Positions 1-13,659 of a stretch of 64,000 nt of DNA are shown one piece after another. The stretch's first letter is position 1. Every line of letters starts with the position of its first letter. The stretch comes from Squalus acanthias. Taxonomy: Eukaryota. The notes beneath the pieces were generated by a model. The model saw nothing but the letters and a program-made list of their open reading frames with translations, ran no database searches and had not been told where the DNA came from. The DNA lies in contig CM059432.1 in the NCBI GenBank assembly GCA_030390025.1, forward strand, positions 134,976,001 to 135,040,000, written 5' to 3'. The position numbers were made by a program, and so were the translations under genes.

Positions 1-395
1 TACTCCCACAGTGCTGTTAGGTAGGGAGTTCCAGGATTTTGAATCAGTGACGATGAAGGAACAGCGATATATTTCCAAGTCAGGATGGTGTGTGACTTGG
101 AGGGGAACATGGAGGTGATGGTGTTCCCATGCACCTGCTGCCCTTGTCCTTCTAGGTAGTAGAGGTCGCGGGTTTGGGAGGTGCTGCAGTCCATCTTGTA
201 GATGGTATACACTGCAGCCACGGTACACCGGTGGTGGAGGGAGTGAATGTTTAAGGTGGTGGATGGGGTGCCAATCAAGTGGGCTGCTTTGTCCTGGATG
301 GTGTCAAGTTTCTTGAGTGTTGTTGGAGCTGGACTCATCCAGGCAAGTGGAGAGTATTCCATCACACTCCTGACTTGTGCCTTGCAGATGGTGGA
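1..395 (-). mobile_element. 3' RT-end fragment of a CR1/L2-group LINE (family distinct from the main CR1)
   Basis: Minus strand reads TICKAQVRSVMEYSPLAWMS..TTLKKLDTIQDKAAHLIG..SLHHRCTVAA, a typical LINE ORF2 C-terminal region. The same family recurs at about 13465-13650 and 42655-43497. Confidence 0.7.
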
Positions 396-434
396 AAGTG
401 TACAATGTAGTGTTCCTGTTGTATCTTTATACCT

Positions 435-900
435 GTAAGACCTGGACAATCTACATAAGAGTTTGAACATTTCTGCGTCTGTAGCATCATGAACATCAGA
501 TGGCAAGACAAGGTTACAAAGCATTAAGGTTGTGGCTCCTACCTGCTTATCAAGGATCAAAGCTCAGCTGAGATGGTCTGGAGACATCTTGAGAATGTCT
601 GATGATAGGCTGCTAGGATTGTCTTCTACTTTCAACTTCAAGGAGACCAAATGTTCCATGGAGGACAATTCAAATGTTATAATGAAGCATGTGAAATCCT
701 TAGAGCAACATGCTATAAGCAGATGGGTGAATAGCATTCATCAAGGCAGATGCCAAATTGAGAGACAGTGTAATGAAGCTGCAAAGAGAATGGAAAGAAA
801 ATGACAAACTGAAACCAGATTGCAACAATAAAAACTGAATTCACCGTTACCAAATATGGTTGCACCTGCCTCTTACATAACAGACAAGAGCCATGTAAGT
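435..900 (+). mobile_element. Highly decayed RTE-clade LINE fragment
   Basis: Broken peptides TWTIY, IMNIRWQDKVT and QLRWSGDILRMSDDRL match RTE ORF2 C-terminal motifs (ETW, I.WQD.V.N, QLRWAGH..RM...R.P). Confidence 0.6.
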
Positions 901-1172
901 GCTTGAGAAGAGACACATACCTGGCCTGGACCTTGATCTGATTGAAATGTAATCACCATTGCAACAAAATTACACTCTTTTCCAATCAAGGTAGCTTGAA
1001 ATGGAAATGAATGCACTTTGAAAATAATAAGAGTTCCTGAGTTTCTGATTGGAAAGCCATTAATTGAAACTACAAAATGAACTCCTGTAATTTTATGAGG
1101 TTTACACCTTTAACAACAAAGTGGAACCAATGGGAAATAACTGAGACCATTTGTTCTGCTCTAAAGAACATT

Positions 1173-2065
1173 GGGGGAAAAATTCAGTTGGTTGCGCCTC
1201 CCGTTAGCGCCTTAAGAGGGCGCTAATGGGGCGCAAAGCATCCAGCGCCCAGGCGCGGCGAAGTTTGCGCCGCTCGCGAAATTAACTAGACATTTTGCGG
1301 CGGCGCTAAACACTACCGCCACGATCTCCTGCGCCGGCAGATCGTGACATCAGTCGAGTGCGCAACGCCCCGGTATCGCCCCGGAGCGGATATTGAGTGG
1401 CGCCCCCTGCCTTACCGCCTGACGCTAGCAACGACAGGTTGAGGGGAGCGTTCTGCAGTCATGAAGGGAAAGGGGGAGCGCTATTTAAAGGTGACCGCCT
1501 CCTGCCTTTTATTGTTGGTGCCATTTTTGAACTACGCATTCTGAGAGAGAGAGAGAGAGACTTCTGGAGAGATTCAACGTTGTGTGAAGGAGTTTTGGGT
1601 ACTGAGCAGCACTTTGCAGGTTCATTTTGATTTGCCATTCCTTGTATCGATTTAGAAGAGACTGTGGGGGCTGCACTCTGAGCTCTTTGCCTGGTACTCT
1701 CCATTGTTCTTTCCAGCAGATTTGATGTGCAGGTCTCTCCAGGCCGAGATTCAAGGCTGCAATTAACAGGATGTGGATGGAAAGTGAGATTAACCATCCC
1801 CTTTAAGAACTGGCCCGTGCCATTGTGTGTGTGTTCCATTGCTGACTGACATTACATGAGCTTCGCCAGCGCTCTGAGGTAGCGCCTCGCTCCTCGGCCT
1901 TTGCACCTTAAGACAGGTGTGAAGCGCCTGATTTAGCGCTCCAATCACCTCCAGGGGCGATAAAAGTCAAGTTTGCAGTCGGTGGCGATAATTAGCGCCA
2001 GGCGCTAATCTTTGCGCCTGGCCGATAATTGCGCCCCAAATGGGGCGATACTGAATTTCTCCCCC
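1173..2065. mobile_element. PIF/Harbinger-type MITE family A, copy 1
   Basis: 16-bp TIR GGGGGAAAAATTCAGT / ACTGAATTTCTCCCCC (1 mismatch), 3-bp TSD ATT and many GCGCC/GGCGC subterminal motifs. A second copy is at 15868-16763. Confidence 0.85.
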
Positions 2066-2444
2066 ATTGTTTCTAGAAGATAGTGGGTGATATAGTGGGT
2101 TAGCACACTATCCTTTCATCTCTGATGTTTGAGTCAAGTTTAGCCCAGACGGGTTAGACCAGAGTTTCCTCTCTTTGTTGGCTGCTACATTCTCAACTCA
2201 GTTATTAGTGGATAACACTCTAATGGCATAACATCGTCCCTCATTTGACGCTAAATTGTAAAACTCAAGATGCCACAAGGTTGGAAGAGGGAAAATTGAC
2301 ATTGGTTCAGCATGGGGCATTCTACTGAGGTTGAGACTGAAGCACATTATTGGGACAGTGAATTTGACCTGTGCTACACTTAATTGGGGAACACTTGACA
2401 CTGATATTAAGTGCCAAAACAAGAAAGATGTTCTATTGCCCAGC

Positions 2445-2665
2445 ATTGATGAATCTTTGGAATTCTCTACCCCAGAGGGCTGTGGATGCTCAGTCGTTGA
2501 GTATATTTAAGACTGAGATCGATAGATTTTTGGACACTAAGGGAATCAAGGGATATGGGGATAGTGCGGGAAAGTGGAGTTGAGGTAGAAGATCAGCCAT
2601 GATCTTATTGAATGGCAGAGCAGGCTCGAGGGGCTGTATGGCCTGTTCCTGCTCCTATTTCTTAT
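2445..2665 (+). mobile_element. CR1 LINE 3' end fragment
   Basis: NLWNSLPQRAVDAQSLSIFKTEIDRFL peptide followed by the CR1 3' UTR (gcaggctcgagggg...ggcctgttcctgctcctatt). Confidence 0.85.
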
Positions 2666-4084
2666 TGATGTCGATCACCTTGATCAACATAGAATTAACC
2701 AAAAATATAAATTAAAATGTTGCTACTCCTTAGAACTTCTGTCCCCTGGATGCAGTGACAATTTTGCATTTGGAGCCAGAATCTGTTTTTAATTATTAGG
2801 TATTGCTGGAAGTGGAATTCTTTTTTTAGTTCATGCACTCACTTCCTTATTAGACATAAAATGTGAATTGTATAACTATATGGGTGGTAACACCCACAGA
2901 AATCGTTTGAACAATAACATTTGCAGGCGTGTCAAAGCCAATCCCTGGAAAACTTTATTTGTGATGCTCAACAATACATTTCCTCTCACCACCTCTTTAA
3001 CTCTAAGCTTTCCTAAACAGAAAAGAAGAATTTCCTGCTTGATACTGGAATGTTGCTTTTGTACTGAAGTGGCTAACCCTGTCCTGTTCCGGAGCCATGC
3101 ATTCACAATTAATGCTCGCATTCAAAACACTCCCGAAATGTTATTGTGCATGGCACAGTTGAGGTTGGGAATTTTGAGTCAGGAGCAAGTAAACTGCAAA
3201 TGGTAATAGAGGCCGCTCAAATTAAATGAGCTCTGACAATTATTTTTTTAAGTTGAAAACCACATTAAACCACAAAACCTCCTTCAGCAAGGATTTGCAG
3301 AAAGAGAATAGACAAGTGCTTTTTGGAGTTCATTATCTGCCTTCCTCTTGATTTTTTCTGGTTTTTTTTTTTGCTACCACAACCCATAGCTGAAACCTTT
3401 TACTGGTTCTTTCAAAAATGTTAAAACAAGTTACTATCCACCAACTCAGGGTTACTGGCAAACATCTGTCATTGTGTGGTCACACTAGTGGAGATGGTAC
3501 AACCCATAAATCAGCTGCCATTACCCAAGACGTTTGGGTATATTAATAACATACTCTGAGCTTTGGTATCTGGTACGTAATTTACTTTCTATGATTTGCA
3601 CTGTGCTTTTGTTTTGGAAAAATGTATAATGCAGAGTTTGTGATTGATCATATCCAGGTAGTGTTACCTTCCTGTTCATCCTTTAAATTGATTTCCTTCC
3701 CTTTCTTTGGATCCATCTATTCCATAATTTATTGCATTGACCAGCAAACAATCTCTGCCAGTGTTATACCTGTAATTACTCACTAGGAGCTAAGAACAGC
3801 TTACTTGTACCCTAGTTTTCCCTCTCTCACTTTTGTATTAAGAAAGAACTTTGCTTTAGTGTTTTGCCTACTCAAGGCAGCTTGGAAATTCATCCTCTCA
3901 GGAACAATGGGTGCAAACCTCCACACTATAGTTTCCCAGCATACCTTGTGTAGCACACTTACTTTATTTGAAGCAATGATTTTTGGCGACTACATAGAAA
4001 CATAGAAGATAGGAGCAGGAGTAGGCCATTCGGCCCCTCGAGCCTGCTCCGCCATTCAATGCGATCATGGCTGATCATCCAAAT

Positions 4085-6980
4085 TCAGTACCCTGTCCTT
4101 GCTTTCTCCCCATATCCCTTGATCCCCTTAGCCTTAATAAATATATCTAACTCCTTCTTGAATATATTTAATGAATTGGACTCAACTGTCTTCTGTGGTA
4201 GAGAATTCCACAGGTTCACCACTCTCTGGGTGAAGAAATTCCTCCTCATCTTAGTCCTAAATGGCTTACCCCTTATCCTTAGACTGTGACCCCTGGTTCT
4301 GGACTCCCCGGCCATCGGGAACATCCTTCCTGCATCTAGTCTGTCTAGTCCTGTTAGAATTTTATAAGTTTCAATGAGATCCCCTCTCATTCTTCTAATC
4401 TCTAGCAAATACAAGCCCAATCGAGCCAATCTCTCTTCATACGTCATTCCTGCCATCCCAGGTATCAGTCTGGTGAATTTTCACTGCACTCCCTCCATGG
4501 CAAGAACATCCTTCCTCAGATAAGGCGACCAAAACTGCACACAACACTCAAGGTGTGGTCTCACCAAAGCCCTGTACAACTGCAGCAAGACCTCCTTGCT
4601 CCTGTACTCGAATCCTCTCGCTATGAAGGCCAACATACCATTTGATTTGTTAACCGCCTGCTGCACCTGCATGCTTACCTTCAGTGACTGGTGCACAAGG
4701 ACACCCAGGTCTCGCTGCACTTCCCCTTTTCCCAATCTATTGCCGTTCAGATAATAACCTGCCTTCCTGTTTTTGCCACCAAAGTTGATAACCTCGCATT
4801 TATCCACATTATACTGCATCTGCCATGCATCTGCCCAATCACCCAACCTGTCCAAATCATACTGGAGTTTCTCTGCATCCTCCTCACAGCACACACGCCC
4901 ACCCAGCTTTGTGTCGTCTGCAAACTTGGAGATATTACATCTAGTTCCCTCGTCTAGATTATTAATATATATTGTGAATAACTGGGGTCCTAGCACCGAT
5001 CCCTGCGTTACCCCACTAGTCACTGCCTGCCACTCGGAAAAAGACCCATTTATTCCAACTCTTTGCTTCCTGTCTGCCAACCAGTTTTCTATCCAAGTCA
5101 GTACCTTACCCCCAATCCCATGTGCTTTAACTTTGCACGCTAATCTCTTATGTGGGACCTTATCGAAAGCCTTCTGAAAGTCCAAATACACCACATCCAC
5201 TGGTTCTCCCTTATCTATTCTACCAGTTACATCCTCAAAATATTCCAGTAGATTAGTCAAGCATGATTTACCTTTTGTAAATCCATGTTGACTTTGTCCG
5301 ATCCTGTCACTGTTTTCCAAGTGCTCTGCTATTACATCTTTTATAATGGACTCTAGCATTTTCCCCACTACCGATGTCAGGCTTACCGGTCTATAATTCC
5401 CCGTTTTCTCTCTACCACCTTTTTTAAATAGTGGGGTTACATTATCCACCCTCCAATCCATGGGAACTGTTCCAGAGTCTATAGAATTTTGAAAGATGAC
5501 CAGCAATGCATCTACTATTTCTAGGGCCACTTCCTTAAGTACCCTAGGATGTAGATTATCAGGCCCTGGGGATTTATCGGCCTTCAATCCCATCAATTTC
5601 CCTAACACCATTTCCCTACAAATACTGATTTCATTCAGTTCCTCTCACTCATTAGACCCTATGTTCCCCGACATCTCTGGGAGGTTATTTGTGCCCTCCT
5701 TTGTGAAGACAGAACCAAAGTATGTATTTAATTGGTCTGCCATTTCTTTGTTCCCCATTATAAATTCCCCTGATTCTGACTGCAAGGGACCTACGCTTGA
5801 CTTCACCAATCTTTTTCTCTTCACATATCTATAGAAGCTTTTACAGTCAGTTTTTATGTTCCCGGCAAGCTTACTCTCATACTCTATTTCCCCCCTCTTA
5901 ATTAATCCCTTTGTCCTCCTTTGCTGAATCCTAAACTGCTCCCAATCCTCAGGTTTGCTGCTTTTTCTGGCCAATTTATATGTCCTCTCCTTGGATCTTA
6001 TGCTATCCCTAATTTCCCTTGTTAGCCACGGTTGAGTCACCTTTTTGTTTTATTTTTATGCCAAACAGGGATAAACAAATTCTGTAGTTCATCCATGCAA
6101 TCTTTAAATGTTTGCCATTGCCTATCCACCATCAACCCTTTAAGTAACATTCCCCAATCTGTCCTAGCCAACTCGCGCCTCATACCATCGTAGTTTCCTT
6201 TATTTAAATTCAGGACCCTAGTCTCTGAGTCAACTACTTCACTCTCCATCTTAATGAAGAATTCTATCATATTATGATCGCTCCTCCCCAAGGGGCCTCG
6301 CACAACAAGATTGCTAATTAATCCTTTCTCATTACATAATACCCAGTCTAAGATGGCCTGATCTCTAGTTGGTTCCTCGACATATTGGTCCAGGAAACCA
6401 TCTCGTATACACTCTAGGAATTCCTCCTCCACAGTATTGTTACTAATTTGGTTAGCCCAATCTATATGTAGATTAAAGTCACCCATGATAACTGCTGTGC
6501 CCTTATTGCACGCGTCTCTAATTTCCCATTTAATGCCATCCCCAACCTCAGCATTACTGTTTGGGGGTCTGTATACAACTCCCACTAATGTTTTCTGCCC
6601 CTTGGTATTTCTCAGCTCTACCCATACAGATTGCACATCATCAGAGCTAATATCCTTCCTTACTATTGTGTTAATCTCCTCTTTAACCAGCAATGCTACC
6701 CCACCTCCTTTTCCTTTTTGCCTGTCCTTCCTGAATATTGAATACCCCTGGATGTTGAATTCCCAGCCTTGGTCACCCTGGAGCCATGTTTACATCTATT
6801 TGTGCAGCTAATTCATCCACCTTATTACGAATGCTCCTCGCATTAAGACACAAAGCCATCAGGCTTGTTTTTTTTAACACTCTTTGACCATTTAGAATTA
6901 TTGTTTACTGTGGCCATGTTTGATTTACACACTTGAGTTCTCTGACTTCCACTTTTGCTTTTCTCCTTCCTGTCTTTTTC
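4085..6980 (-). pseudogene. CR1 ORF2: APE endonuclease plus reverse transcriptase (disrupted)
   Basis: EN motifs VVYRPP, IMGDFN, LDWVL and SDH. RT motifs NYRPVSLTS, YLDFQKAFD, SGVTQGSVLGP and KFADD. Four separate ORF segments. Confidence 0.93.
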
Positions 6981-7039
6981 TTCTATCCTTGCTTCCCTTT
7001 CCTCTGTCTCCCTGCACAGGTTCCCAACCCCCTGCCATT

Positions 7040-7971
7040 TTAGTTTAAACCCTCCCCAACAGCACTAGCAAACACTCCCCCTAGGACATCGGTCCTGGCC
7101 CTGCCCAGGTGCAAACCGTCCAGTTTGTACTGGTCCCACCTCCCCCAGAACCGGTTCCAATGTCCCAGGAATTTGAATCCCTCCCCCTTGCACCATTCTT
7201 CTAGCCACGTATTCATCTGAAATATCCTTCTATTTCTACTCTGACTAGTACATGGCACTGGTAGCAGTCCTGAGATTACTACCTTTGCGGTCCTATTTTT
7301 TAATTAACCTCCTAACTCCACTATATTCAGCTTTTAAGACCTCATCCCATTTTTCTACCTATATCGTTGGTACCTATATGCACCACGACAACTGGCTGTA
7401 TACCCTCCCCCTCCAGAATGCCCTGCAGCCGCTCTGAGACATCCTTGACCCTTGCACCAGGGAGGCAACATACCATCCTGGAGTCTCGTTTGCGGCCGCA
7501 GAAATGCCTATCTATTCCCCTTACAATAGAATCCCCTATCACTATAGCTCTCCCACTCTTTTTCCACCCCTCCTGTGCAGCAGAACCACCCATGGTGCCA
7601 GGAAGTTGGTTGCTGCTGCCTTCCCCCGATAAGCCATCCCCCTCAACAATATCCAAAGTGGTATATCTGTTTGAGAGGGGGATGGCCACAGGGGACCCCT
7701 GCACTACCTGCTTGTGCCTACTACTCTGCCTGGCGGTCACCCATTCCCTTCCTGCCTGTGCAGCCTTTACCTGCGGTGTGACCAACTCATTAAACGTGAT
7801 ATCCACAACGTCCTCAGCATCGCGAATGCTCCAGTATGCATCCATTCGCAGCTCCAGCGCCGCAATGCGGTCTGCCAGTAGTTGCAGCTGGATATACTTC
7901 CTGCACACATGGTCGTCAGGGACACAGGAAATGTCCCTGATTTCCCACATAGCGCAGGAGGAGCATGCCAC
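7040..7971 (-). pseudogene. CR1 ORF1: Zn-finger, coiled-coil and SGNH esterase (frameshifted)
   Basis: CSSC...HVCRK N-terminus, LLADRIAALELRM coiled coil, esterase blocks IVIGDSIVRG, CLPGARVKDV, HIGTNDIG and DGLHL. Split into ORFs 7342-7971 and 7040-7258. Confidence 0.88.
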
Positions 7972-8306
7972 GGGGCCGAGCTGTGCTGCTATGACTTACC
8001 CTTTAATTAATTTAAATTAAATTAAATCAAATCAATACCACCAATTGCACTACAATTAAATGTTATACTCAAGGGCCCTTGTTTACTAGCACTCCCCGCT
8101 ACACAACAGAGACCTTAGAAACTATAACCACAAAAATTAAGACCTTCTAAACTTTATGAACTATTAACCTTAACTGTCAAACTATAGAGTAGTATAAATA
8201 CTCACCTGGCCGTACTCACCCAATATGCTGCTTCCTCTTGCCCGTGTCACTTTTTAAATCGTGACGTGGCTCTGGAACGCCGCCGCCGGTCTGCGAGATT
8301 GGTAAG

Positions 8307-8456
8307 CCTCTGAAAAAACCCGCGAAAGTGAGTTTAAGTACTCACTGAACCGACGCTCTCTGCTCCTCCTGACTCCGGCCTCTGAAAAAAAGCCCACGAA
8401 AGTGAGTTTAAGTACTCACTGAACCGTCGCTCTCTGCTCCTCCCGACTCCGGCCTC
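8307..8456. repeat. Tandem duplication of about 72 bp at the CR1 5' end
   Basis: Two copies of cctctgaaaaaa(a)ccc.cgaaagtgagtttaagtactcactgaaccg.cgctctctgctcctcc.gactccgg. Confidence 0.85.
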
Positions 8457-8714
8457 TCTAACTTATAAAGAACGAAGAAAGAACTTGCACTTTTTTCACA
8501 TAATCAGGGCGTCCCAAAGTGCTGCAGAGCCAATTAATTACTTTTAAGGTGTAGTCACTGTTGTTTTGTAGGCATGCAAAAACTCTCTCTGGGTCATAGG
8601 GAAGTAGGGCTCACTTATGTGTGAGTGTAGACCGAACACATAAACCAAAAATATCTAGAGTAAAAAATAAAGAAATCCCAAACAATATAACACAACTCTT
8701 GTAGTTTTTTTTAG

Positions 8715-9118
8715 ATTAATTCGTGGGATGTGGGCGTCGCTGGCAAGGCCAGCATTTACTGCCCATCCCCAATTGCCCTTGAGAAGTGAGCCACGTACAC
8801 AACTGAGTGGTGTAACTCAGGGACAGTTAAGAGTCAACCACATTGCTGTGGGTCTGGAGTCACATATAGGCCAGACCAGGTAAGGACGGCAGATTTACTT
8901 CCCTAAAGGACATTAGTGAACCAGATGGGTTTTTACGACAATCCAATAGTTTTCATGGTCACCATTACTGACACTAGCTTTTTATTCCAGATTTATTTAA
9001 TTAACTGAATTTAAATTCCCCAGCTGCCATGGTGGGATTATGAACTCATGTTGCCACGGATCATTAGTCCAAGCCTCGGGATTACTAGACCAGTAACATA
9101 ACCTCTTCTACTGTACCC
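8715..9118 (-). mobile_element. tRNA-derived SINE carrying the 3' tail of the 1-395 LINE family
   Basis: The minus-strand 3' end cttctcaagggcaattgggatgggcagtaaatgctggccttgccagcgacgcccacatccc resembles the LINE tail at about 43410-43497. A degenerate tRNA-like head lies at about 9040-9118, and a related fragment at 39855-40047. Confidence 0.6.
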
Positions 9119-9626
9119 CGTAGTAGAGGAGTCTAGTAGTAAAGCAATGTTCACAGTTGCCCCAGTGTAGTGGTAAGGAATACAGAGATGTATCCAATTC
9201 TAAGGCTCTAAAATTCAAGGAGTTCCTTTCTGCCAGTGGAGAGGAACTCCTGACTGCCCATGGATGCAGATTCATGCCCTGTCCCAAATTGTGGGAATTG
9301 GGTCATTCACATAAACAGGGTGGGTGGCCTATGCCTGTAAGGGCATATCAGCGGTGCTTGTTTGATGCACCAGTGGAGGTCAGAGGCTGCTCCACTAGGG
9401 CAATCAGAGGCTCTTCCTGGGCTGAAGATTAATTCATCTATATTCTTCTTCAGTTCCTAAGGATATGCATTTAAAGGTAATGATCCCTTTCAGGATCATT
9501 ACCTTTCATTACCTTTGCACTAGTAACTATTGGGATTAGCTCTCAGACAGTGAGTTCCAATGTGCTCAATGGGAGAGGGAGGAGTGGAATAAGAGGAGGA
9601 ATTCCCATGAAAGCCTGTGGAAAAAA

Positions 9627-10091
9627 AAGAAAGACTTGCATTTATATAACGCCTTTCACAACCACCAGACATCCCAAAGTGCTTTAGAGCCAATGAAGTA
9701 CTTTTTGAAGTGTAGTCACTGTTGTAATGTAGGAAACGTGGCAGCCAATTTGCCTACAGCAAGCTCCCACAAACAGCAATGCGATAATGACCAGATAATC
9801 TGTTTTAATGATGTTGATTGAGGGATAAATATTGGCCAGGACACTGAGGATAACTCCCCTGCTCTTCTTCAAAATAGTGCCATGGGATCTTTTACGTCCA
9901 CCTGAGAGAGCAAACAGGACCTCAGTTTAATATTTCATCCAAAAGACGGCACCTCTGACAGTGTAGCACTCCCTCAGTACTGCACTGGAGTGTCAGCCTT
10001 GATTTTTGTGCTCAAATCTCTGGAGTGGGACTTGAGCCCACAACTATTCTGACTCAGAGGCAAGGGTGCTACCAATTGAGCCACAGCTGGC
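9627..10091 (-). mobile_element. SacSINE1-like Deu-SINE (tRNA head, Deu domain, L2 tail)
   Basis: Head tggctcaattggtagc...gggctcaagtccca (A/B boxes), Deu core gtaaaagatcccatggcactattttgaagaagagcagggg and L2-like tail aaaggcgttatataaatgcaag. Partial copies at about 8475-8572, 14765-15000, 44485-44770, 53160-53435 and 63055-63145. Confidence 0.8.
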
Positions 10092-12454
10092 ACTTCACCA
10101 GACATGCTCCCTTGACATCCCTTGACCAGAATTTCCAGCACGTTTTCTATTGGGTAATAAGTCAGTAGATTCATGTTCGACCACAATGTCCAGCTGCCCG
10201 TTGGAACATCTGCCCTCTCTCCACTCTTCAGCTCCTGCAATTTATGGACCACAAGTCTCCAAGGACCACATGTAGACTTTTCATCTGATCAGCCGATCCT
10301 TGAGGAGAGAATAAACCACACTTCCTTCCACTAGACTGCCAGGGATTGGATGCTCTCTGCTTTACAGTAGATTCAATGTCCTTCCACTTAACCATATTGA
10401 TAACAATAAAAACCACACTTGTGTTGTGGGCCTGGCCACAGCTACAGCTACTACCCCACTATCTGCTGCTATTAAAGGAAAACTTCCACCTCTATATTTG
10501 GTGCAACAATATAAATGCACTGCCAACTTTTAAAAGGGACAGGCCAGCATCTCCCCAAATTCATGTGAACTTATTGACAAATTAACCCAAAATAGATGAA
10601 TTTTCTCGGTTTACAACTTGGCTCCGATCTCAATCCTTCTTGCCGCAAGTGTACAACATCAGCTTGATGAAATAAACTTTGTGGACTCTGATTTACTGAA
10701 TATTATCACAAAAAAAAACAATAAAGAGATGAAGTTAATTAACCTCAGAAGGCCAGGGCATATGTATTTTATGACTGCAATAATGTTTTATCTGAATTTA
10801 CAACAGCAACGCTGTAACGTACATGTGCATTCAAAATCCTAAATAAACAGAAATCCTTTTCAGGATCAAATAAAGTTACGGGTATTGTAGCTTCAAATAA
10901 TATGTAGTTTGTGACTAGTGTTTTCTGAGTTACACACAGCACAGAAATAATTGAAAGCAGGTTCCTGACAGAAACACAGTAGTGTGCTGTGCTTCTGAAA
11001 AGGTTGGGTTGTCGGCAGGTTTACAGTGTTGATTTTGGATTAGCTGTTTATCTACTTATTGGTCAAGACAATCAAGATATCCCATAATTAAATGATAGAA
11101 GTAACTCATACAAGAGTGTACCAGGCAGTGAAAGTTGACTATACTTGTAAAATGCTTGTGTATAACAGGCTTTATCATTGTTATGATCATATAGAGCTTT
11201 ACTAAAGGAGAAAGAAAATTACCTCATGGAAAAAAATCATTCCTGGACGGAAAAAGACAATTTCTATAAAACTATTGAGGATCACCAGGGTATTTGTGCA
11301 AAAACTAAATAAAGGATGTTGGGATGGTTATGGAATTCTTTTCCCTCGTCTTCAACACAAGGATATTGATGGAAAAAAAAGATAACTGTGCAAAATATAC
11401 TTCAAACGTAGCAAGAACAGACAATATAAAACTCTCACTTTAAATAGAAACTGTTGCTAACAGTGCATCAGTGGGTAAGATAGAACTCTGTGAAAGACAG
11501 TGAAATAGATGATGGTGGTAAAGTGTTTCTTGATGAATTAAAAATTTGAGACAAACAGTATGAACGGAAAGTGTTTAAAATGTGCCATGTACTATACACA
11601 AGAGTTTTAATATCTTAGATAGACAATACAGGCTATATTGTCAACTCCGAATTTGGAATGATTACGAACAATTATTAATACTTTAATATGGGTCTCGTCA
11701 TGCTGAAAAAAAGAAATCAGATTCAAAGCTGAATAAAATTACCCCTATGCACTCCACTATGTTTATGTATCTATCTAATAGGTTTTGAATCTGTGTTTTT
11801 CTGCCTTCCAATTGATTATTTTCTACTTTAATTATCCTATTAATCATATTGCATAAAACCTTTCTTCCCCAATTTTCCCCCATTCATGTTCTACTAAAAC
11901 AATATGCCCAAATTCACATTACAGTAAAAAAATCTCTCCAGTCACCTTATAGCAGAAAAGATTCTTGACACAGCTACCATTGTGGTCACTCACTTATGCC
12001 ATTAAAAACTCCTAAAATCTAAAGTTATAACATAAACACATAAAAATTACAGGGGGGGGAAATCATAAATTTATTCTTTTACCTTCCAATCAGTTCAACT
12101 TTCTTCCACATTAATATCTCAAATCTCAGGGATCTGCTCCCCCAAGACTTTACCACCCAGCCCAGCCTGCCCAACTGAGGTCCAACCTTAGTAACACATG
12201 CAAGGGAGTGCACAGCCTTTTCTACCAGGATGCCATGCAGTATTAGTTATAATGTAGTTCCATAGGACCACGGTGAAAACTACAACTCCCACGATGAATC
12301 TTTCTCTCGCACACACAGAATGTGCTCACAGAACGGGTAATTCCTACCACTTAAGGTTTAGTTGAAATTTACAACTTTAGGGCTAAAGTAGAACTCAAGT
12401 CTGAGGCATCAGAGGGGTAGACTTCTTGCAGAGATTTCTAACATTCTTAAAAGG

Positions 12455-13462
12455 AACATAACAACAGGAGGAGGCCATTCACCCCCTCGAGCCTGTTCCG
12501 CCATTCAATGAGATCATGGCTGATCTGCGACCTAACTCCATATACCTGCATTTGGCCCATATCCCTTAATACCTTTGGTTAACAGAAAGCTATCAATCTC
12601 TGATTTAAAATTAACAATTGATCTAGCATCAATTGCCATTTGCGGAAGAGCGTTCCAAATTTCAACCACCCCTTGTGTGTAGAAGTGTTTCCTAATTTCA
12701 CTTTTGAACGTTCTGGTTCTAATTTTTAGACTATGCCCCCTAGTCCTAGAATCCCCAACCAGCGGGAATAGTTTCCGTCTTTTTACCCTATCTGCTCTCC
12801 TTAATATCTTGAAAACTTTGATCAGATCACCCCTTAACCTTCTAAATTCTAGGGAACACAATCCTAATTTGTGTAATCTCTCCTCGTAACTTAACCCTTG
12901 AAGTCCGGGTATCATTCTGGTAAACCTACGCTGCACTCCCTCCAAGGCCAATATATCCTTCCTAAGGTGTGGTGCCCAGAACTGCTCACAGTACTCCAGG
13001 TGTGGCTCTAACCAGGGTTTTGTATAGCTGCAGCATAACTTCTACCCCCTTGTATTCTCGTCCTCTAGATATAAAGGCCAGCATTCCATTAGCCTTTTTG
13101 TTTATTTTCTGTATTTGTTCAGGACATTTTAATGATCTATGTACCTGGACCCCGAAGTCTCTTTGGACCTCCACTGTTTTTAGCTTTTCACCATTTAGAA
13201 AGTACCTCGTTCTATCCGTTTTAGGTCCAAACTGGATGACCTCACATTTGTCTACATTGAAATCCATTTGCCACAGTTTTGCCCATTCAGTTAATCTGTT
13301 GCTATCCCTTTGTAATCTTATACTTTCATCTACACTGCCTACAATGCCACCTATCTTTGTGTGATCAGAAAATTTGGATATATGACTTTCTAGGCCATCA
13401 TCTAAGTCGTTAATAAACACGATGAATAGTTGAGGCCCCAACACAGATCCCTGCGGGACACC
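12455..13462 (-). mobile_element. CR1 3' fragment (RT and 3' UTR)
   Basis: GVPQGSVLGPQLF, KFSDHTK and EGVQRRFTRMIPGL peptides plus the CR1 3' UTR. Confidence 0.9.
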
Positions 13463-13659
13463 ACAGTGGGGGTAGAGGTCACTGGGGTGGTTCTGTCGGA
13501 GGAACTTGTGGAGTTGCTGCAGTGCATCCTGTAGATCATGCACACTGCAGCGAAAGTGCTCTGGTGGTGGAGGGGGCGGGTATTGAATCCAGTGGCAGGG
13601 TCACCGATCAAGCAATCTGCTCTGTCCTGGATGGTGTCAAGCTTATTGAATTTGTAAGA

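Larger units (their letters stand above)
3992..8458 (-). mobile_element. Near full-length CR1 LINE, inactivated (ORF1 plus ORF2)
   Basis: 5' UTR at about 7975-8458, ORF1 at 7040-7971, ORF2 EN-RT broken into pieces at 4085-6693, and a 3' UTR ending in a (TTCTATGT)n tail at 3992-4007. Confidence 0.95.

Noticed and set aside
1459..1839. 126-aa ORF repeated at 16001-16537 as a possible MITE cargo gene
   Set aside because: It has no recognisable domain and crosses a (GA)n tract. About 8 of the 14 or so substitutions between copies change amino acids, so there is no clear coding constraint.
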